In this document: piece by piece, positions 60,473 through 64,000 of the stretch
Layout: each line of letters begins with the position of its first letter
Numbering within the stretch: the first letter of the stretch is position 1
Translations under genes and position numbers: made by a program
Assembly (NCBI GenBank): GCA_964016885.1
Contig: OZ024743.1
Coordinates: 137,330,001 to 137,394,000, forward strand
Direction of reading: 5' to 3'
Source: Eledone cirrhosa
Taxonomy: Eukaryota
DNA length: 64,000 nt
The notes under the pieces: generated by a model
The model's database searches: none
What the model saw: the letters and a program-made list of their open reading frames with translations, nothing else
Told to the model about the DNA's origin: nothing

Positions 60473-63400
60473 ACACCAAGCACCAAGCAACAAGCACCTA
60501 ATACCAAGCACCAAGCTCCAAGCACCAAACACCAAACACCAAACACCAAGCACCAAGCACCAAACACCAAGCACCAAACACCAAACCCTAAGCACCAATC
60601 ACCAAACACTAATCACCAAGCACCAAGCACCAAACACCGAGCACCAAGCAGCAAGCACCAAACACCAAGCACCAAGCACCAAACACCAAGCACCAATCAC
60701 CAAGCACCAAACACCAAGCAGCAAGCAGCAAGCACCAAACACCAAGCACCAAGGACCAAACATCAAACACCAAGCACCAAGCACCAAACACCTAACACCA
60801 AGCACCAAGCACCAAGCACCAAGCACCGAACACCAAGCACATAACACCAAGCACCAAACACCAAGCACCAAGCACCAAACACCAAGCACCAAACACCAAG
60901 CACCAAGCACCAAGCACCAAACACCAAGCACCAGGCACCAAGCACCAAACACCAAGCACCATGCACCAAGCACCAAGCCCCAAACACTTAACACCAAGCA
61001 CCAAGCACCAAAAACCAAACACCAAGCACCAAGTACCAAACACCAAGCACCAAGCACCAATCACCATACACCAAGCACCAAGCACCAAGCACCAGGCACC
61101 AAGCACCAAGCACCAAACACAAAACACCAAGCACCAAGCACCAAGCAGCAAACACCAAGCATCAAACACCAAACACCAAACACCAAGCACCAAACACCAA
61201 GCACCAAGCACCAAACACCAAACACCAAGCACCAAGCACCAAGCACCAAACAACAAACACCAAGCACCAAACACCAGATATCAAGCACCAAGCACCAAAC
61301 ACCAAACACCAAGCACCAAGCACCAAACACCAAACAACAAGCACCAGGCACCAAGCACCAAACACCAAACACCAAGCACCAAGCACCAAACACCAAACAC
61401 CAAGCACGCAGCATCAAACACCAAGCACCAAGCACCAAGCACCAAACACCAAGCACCAAGCACCAAACACCAAGCACCAAACACAAAGCACCACGCACCA
61501 AACACCAAGCACCAAGCACCAAACACCAAGCACCAAGCACCAAACACCAAACCACAAGCACCAAACACCAAACCACAAGCACCAAGCACCAAACACTAAT
61601 CACCAAGCACCAAGCACCAAACAACGAGCACCAAGCACCAAGCACCAGGCACCAAGCACCAAGCACCAAACACTAATCACCAAGCACCAAGCACCAAGCA
61701 CCAAACACCATGCACCAAGCACCAAGCACCAAAAACCAAGCACCAAGCACCAAACACCAAACACCAAGATCCAAAGACCAAGCACCAAGCACCAAGCACC
61801 AACCACCCAGCACCAAGCACCAAGCACCAAACACCAAGCACCAAACACCAAACACCAAGCACCAAGCACCAAGCACCAAGCACCAAGCACCAAGCACCAA
61901 GCACCAAGCACCAAACACCAAGCACCAAGCACTAAGCACCAAACACAAAGCCCCAAGTACCAAGCACCAAACACCAAACACCAAGCACCAAGCACCAATC
62001 ACCAAACACCAAGAACCAAGCACCAAACACCAAGCCCCTAGGACCAAGCACCAGGCACCAAGCACCAAGCACCAAACACAAAACACCAAGCACCAAGCAC
62101 CAAGCAGCAAACACCAAGCATCAAACACCAAACACCAAACACCAAGCACCAAACACCAAGCACCAAGCACCAAACACCAAACACCAAGCACCAAACACCA
62201 AGCACCATACACCAAACACCAAGCAGCAAGCACCAAACACCAAACAACAAGCACCAGGCACCAAGCACCAAACACCAAACACCAAGCACGCAGCATCAAA
62301 CACCAAGCACCAAGCACCAAACACCAAGCACCAAGCACCAAGCACAAAGTACCAAACACCAAACACCAAGCACCAAACACCAAACACCAAGCACCAAGCA
62401 CCAAGCACGAAACACAAGGCACCAAGCACCAAGCACCAAACACCAAACACCAAGCACCAAACACCAGCCACCAAGCACCAAGCACCAGACACCAAACACC
62501 AAGCACTAAGCACCAAACACCAAACAACAAGCAGCAGGCACCAAGCACCAAACACCAAACACCAAACACGCATCACCAAACACCAAGCACCAAGCAACAA
62601 GCACCTAAAACCAAGCACCAAGCACCAAGCACCAAACACCAAACACCAAACACCAAGCACCAAGCACCAAACACCAAGCACCAAACACCAAACCCCAAGC
62701 ACCAATCACCAAACACTAATCACCAAGCACCAAGCACCAAACACCGAGCACCAAGCAGCAAGCACCAAACACCAAGCACCAAGCACCAAACACCAAACCC
62801 CAAGCACCACAGACCAAGCACCAAGCACCAAGGAACAAACACCAAGCACCAAGCACCAAGCACCAAACACCAAGCACCAAGCACCAAACACCCAGCACCA
62901 AGCACCAAGCATCAAACACCAAGCACCAAGCACCAAACACCAAACACCAAACACGAATCACCAAGCACTAAACAGCAAGCACCAAACACCAAACACCAAA
63001 CAGCAAACACCAAACAGAAAACACCAAACACCAAACAGAAAAGAGCAAACGCCAAACACCAAACACCAAACACCAAGCACCAAGAACCAAACACCAAACA
63101 CCAAACAGCAGGCACCAAGCACCAAACACCAAGCACGAATCACCAAACACTAATCACCAAGCACCAAGCCCCAAACACCAAGCACCAAGCACCAAGCAGC
63201 AAGCACCAAACACCAAGCACCAAGCACCAAACACCAAGCACCAAACACCAAGCACCAAGCACCAAACACCAAACCCCAAGCACCAAAGACCAAGCACCAA
63301 GCACCAAGGACCAAACACCAAGCACCAAGCACCAAGCACCAAACACCAAGCACCAAGCAGCAAACACCCAGCACCAAGCACCAAGCACCAAACACCAAGC

Positions 63401-64000
63401 ACCAAGCACCAAACACCAAACACCAAACACCAAGCATCAAGCACCAAACAGCAAGCACCAAACACCAAGCACCAAACACCAAGTCCCACGCACCAAGCAC
63501 TAAACACCAAACACCAAGCACCAAGCACCAAACACCAAGCACCAAGCACCAAGCCCCTAGCACCAAACACCAAACACCAAGCAAAAAGCACAAAACACCA
63601 AGCACCAATCACCAAGCACCAAACACCAAGCAGCAAGCAGCAAGCACCAAACACGAACGACCAAGCACCAAGCACCAAATACCAAACACCAAGCACCAAG
63701 GACCAAACATCAAACACCAAGCACCAAGCACAAAACGCCTAACACCAAGCACCAAGCACCAAGCACCAAGCACCAAACACCAAGCACCAATCACCAAACA
63801 CCAAGCACCAAGCACCAAACACCAAGCACCAGGCACCAAGCAGCAAACACCAAGCACCAAGCACCAAACACCAAGCACCAAACACAAAGCACCAAGCACC
63901 AAACACCAAACCCCAAGCACCAAACACCAAACCTCAAGCACCAAGCACAAAACACTAATCACCAAGCACCAAGCACCAAACAACAAGCACCAAGCACCAA

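Larger units (their letters stand above)
1..64000 (+). repeat. Heptamer tandem satellite (RCACCAA)n / (TTGGTGY)n, ~9,140 monomers, running off both window edges
   Basis: Every line parses into 7-bp units, mostly GCACCAA or ACACCAA, plus variants such as TCACCAA, ACACTAA, GCAGCAA, GCACCAG, ACAACAA, GCATCAA, GCCCCAA. The window begins and ends in GCACCAA. No inversion or non-repeat insert seen. Confidence 0.99.

Noticed and set aside
27744-63503. Long plus-strand ORFs of STKHQAP/NTKHQTP repeats (536 aa at 27744, 527 aa at 32592, 423 aa at 37580, 597 aa at 61710) resembling mucin-like or CTD-like proteins
   Set aside because: Expected from a T-poor strand. The ATGs come from the GCACCAT-G variant and the stops from ACACTAA-type variants. 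No non-repetitive termini, signal peptide or expression signals.
43-63986. Hundreds of minus-strand ORFs encoding (L/F)G(A/V)WCLV hydrophobic heptads
   Set aside because: The consensus has no stop codon in any frame. Because 7 is not a multiple of 3, all three frames give the same peptide. ORFs overlap in all frames, mostly use alternative starts, and end at random variant monomers. No unique domain or codon-position bias is evident.
813-63990. CRISPR-like repeat/spacer reading of the recurring ACACTAATCACC landmarks
   Set aside because: The intervening sequence is the same heptamer rather than unique spacers, spacing is irregular, and there is no leader or cas gene.
1-64000. Canonical telomerase-synthesised telomere tract
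   Set aside because: The motif matches no telomeric repeat I know, and kb-scale blocks with inherited private variants indicate DNA-templated duplication rather than de novo telomerase addition. A telomere-derived origin is kept only as a hypothesis.
1-64000. Sequencing or basecalling artefact, or synthetic low-complexity sequence
   Set aside because: Rare variants recur collinearly in nested, hierarchical patterns with self-consistent register arithmetic, which random error would not produce. Individual near-identical duplications could still be assembly errors.
1-64000. Embedded transposons, RNA genes, hairpins/terminators or inverted segments
   Set aside because: No departure from the heptamer longer than about 2-3 monomers and no TTGGTG tract on the + strand were seen. 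The near absence of T precludes stable stems.

Overview
The whole 64 kb window is one uninterrupted, single-orientation heptamer satellite, (RCACCAA)n on the + strand and (TTGGTGY)n on the - strand, about 9,140 monomers. Two dominant monomers, GCACCAA and ACACCAA, are interleaved without a fixed period and mixed with recurrent point-variant monomers. I see no gene, RNA gene, transposon, CRISPR array or unique sequence. All supplied ORFs are translations of the repeat (STKHQAP/NTKHQTP on +, LGAWCLV/FGVWCLV on -). The real structure is higher-order. Rare variant monomers and repeated ORF calls reveal nested tandem duplications (periods about 189, 357, 469/749, 763, 1308, 1554, 1834 x3, ~2130, 2646, 4489 and ~5890 bp) and dispersed copies 4-36 kb apart. 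The 7-bp register is nearly perfect: I found 12 non-7-bp monomers (9 independent events), and they account for every non-multiple-of-7 offset I checked. This most likely is eukaryotic heterochromatic (centromeric, pericentromeric or subtelomeric) satellite DNA. I do not recognise it as a named family and cannot assign an organism or function. Duplication boundaries were read by eye and are approximate.
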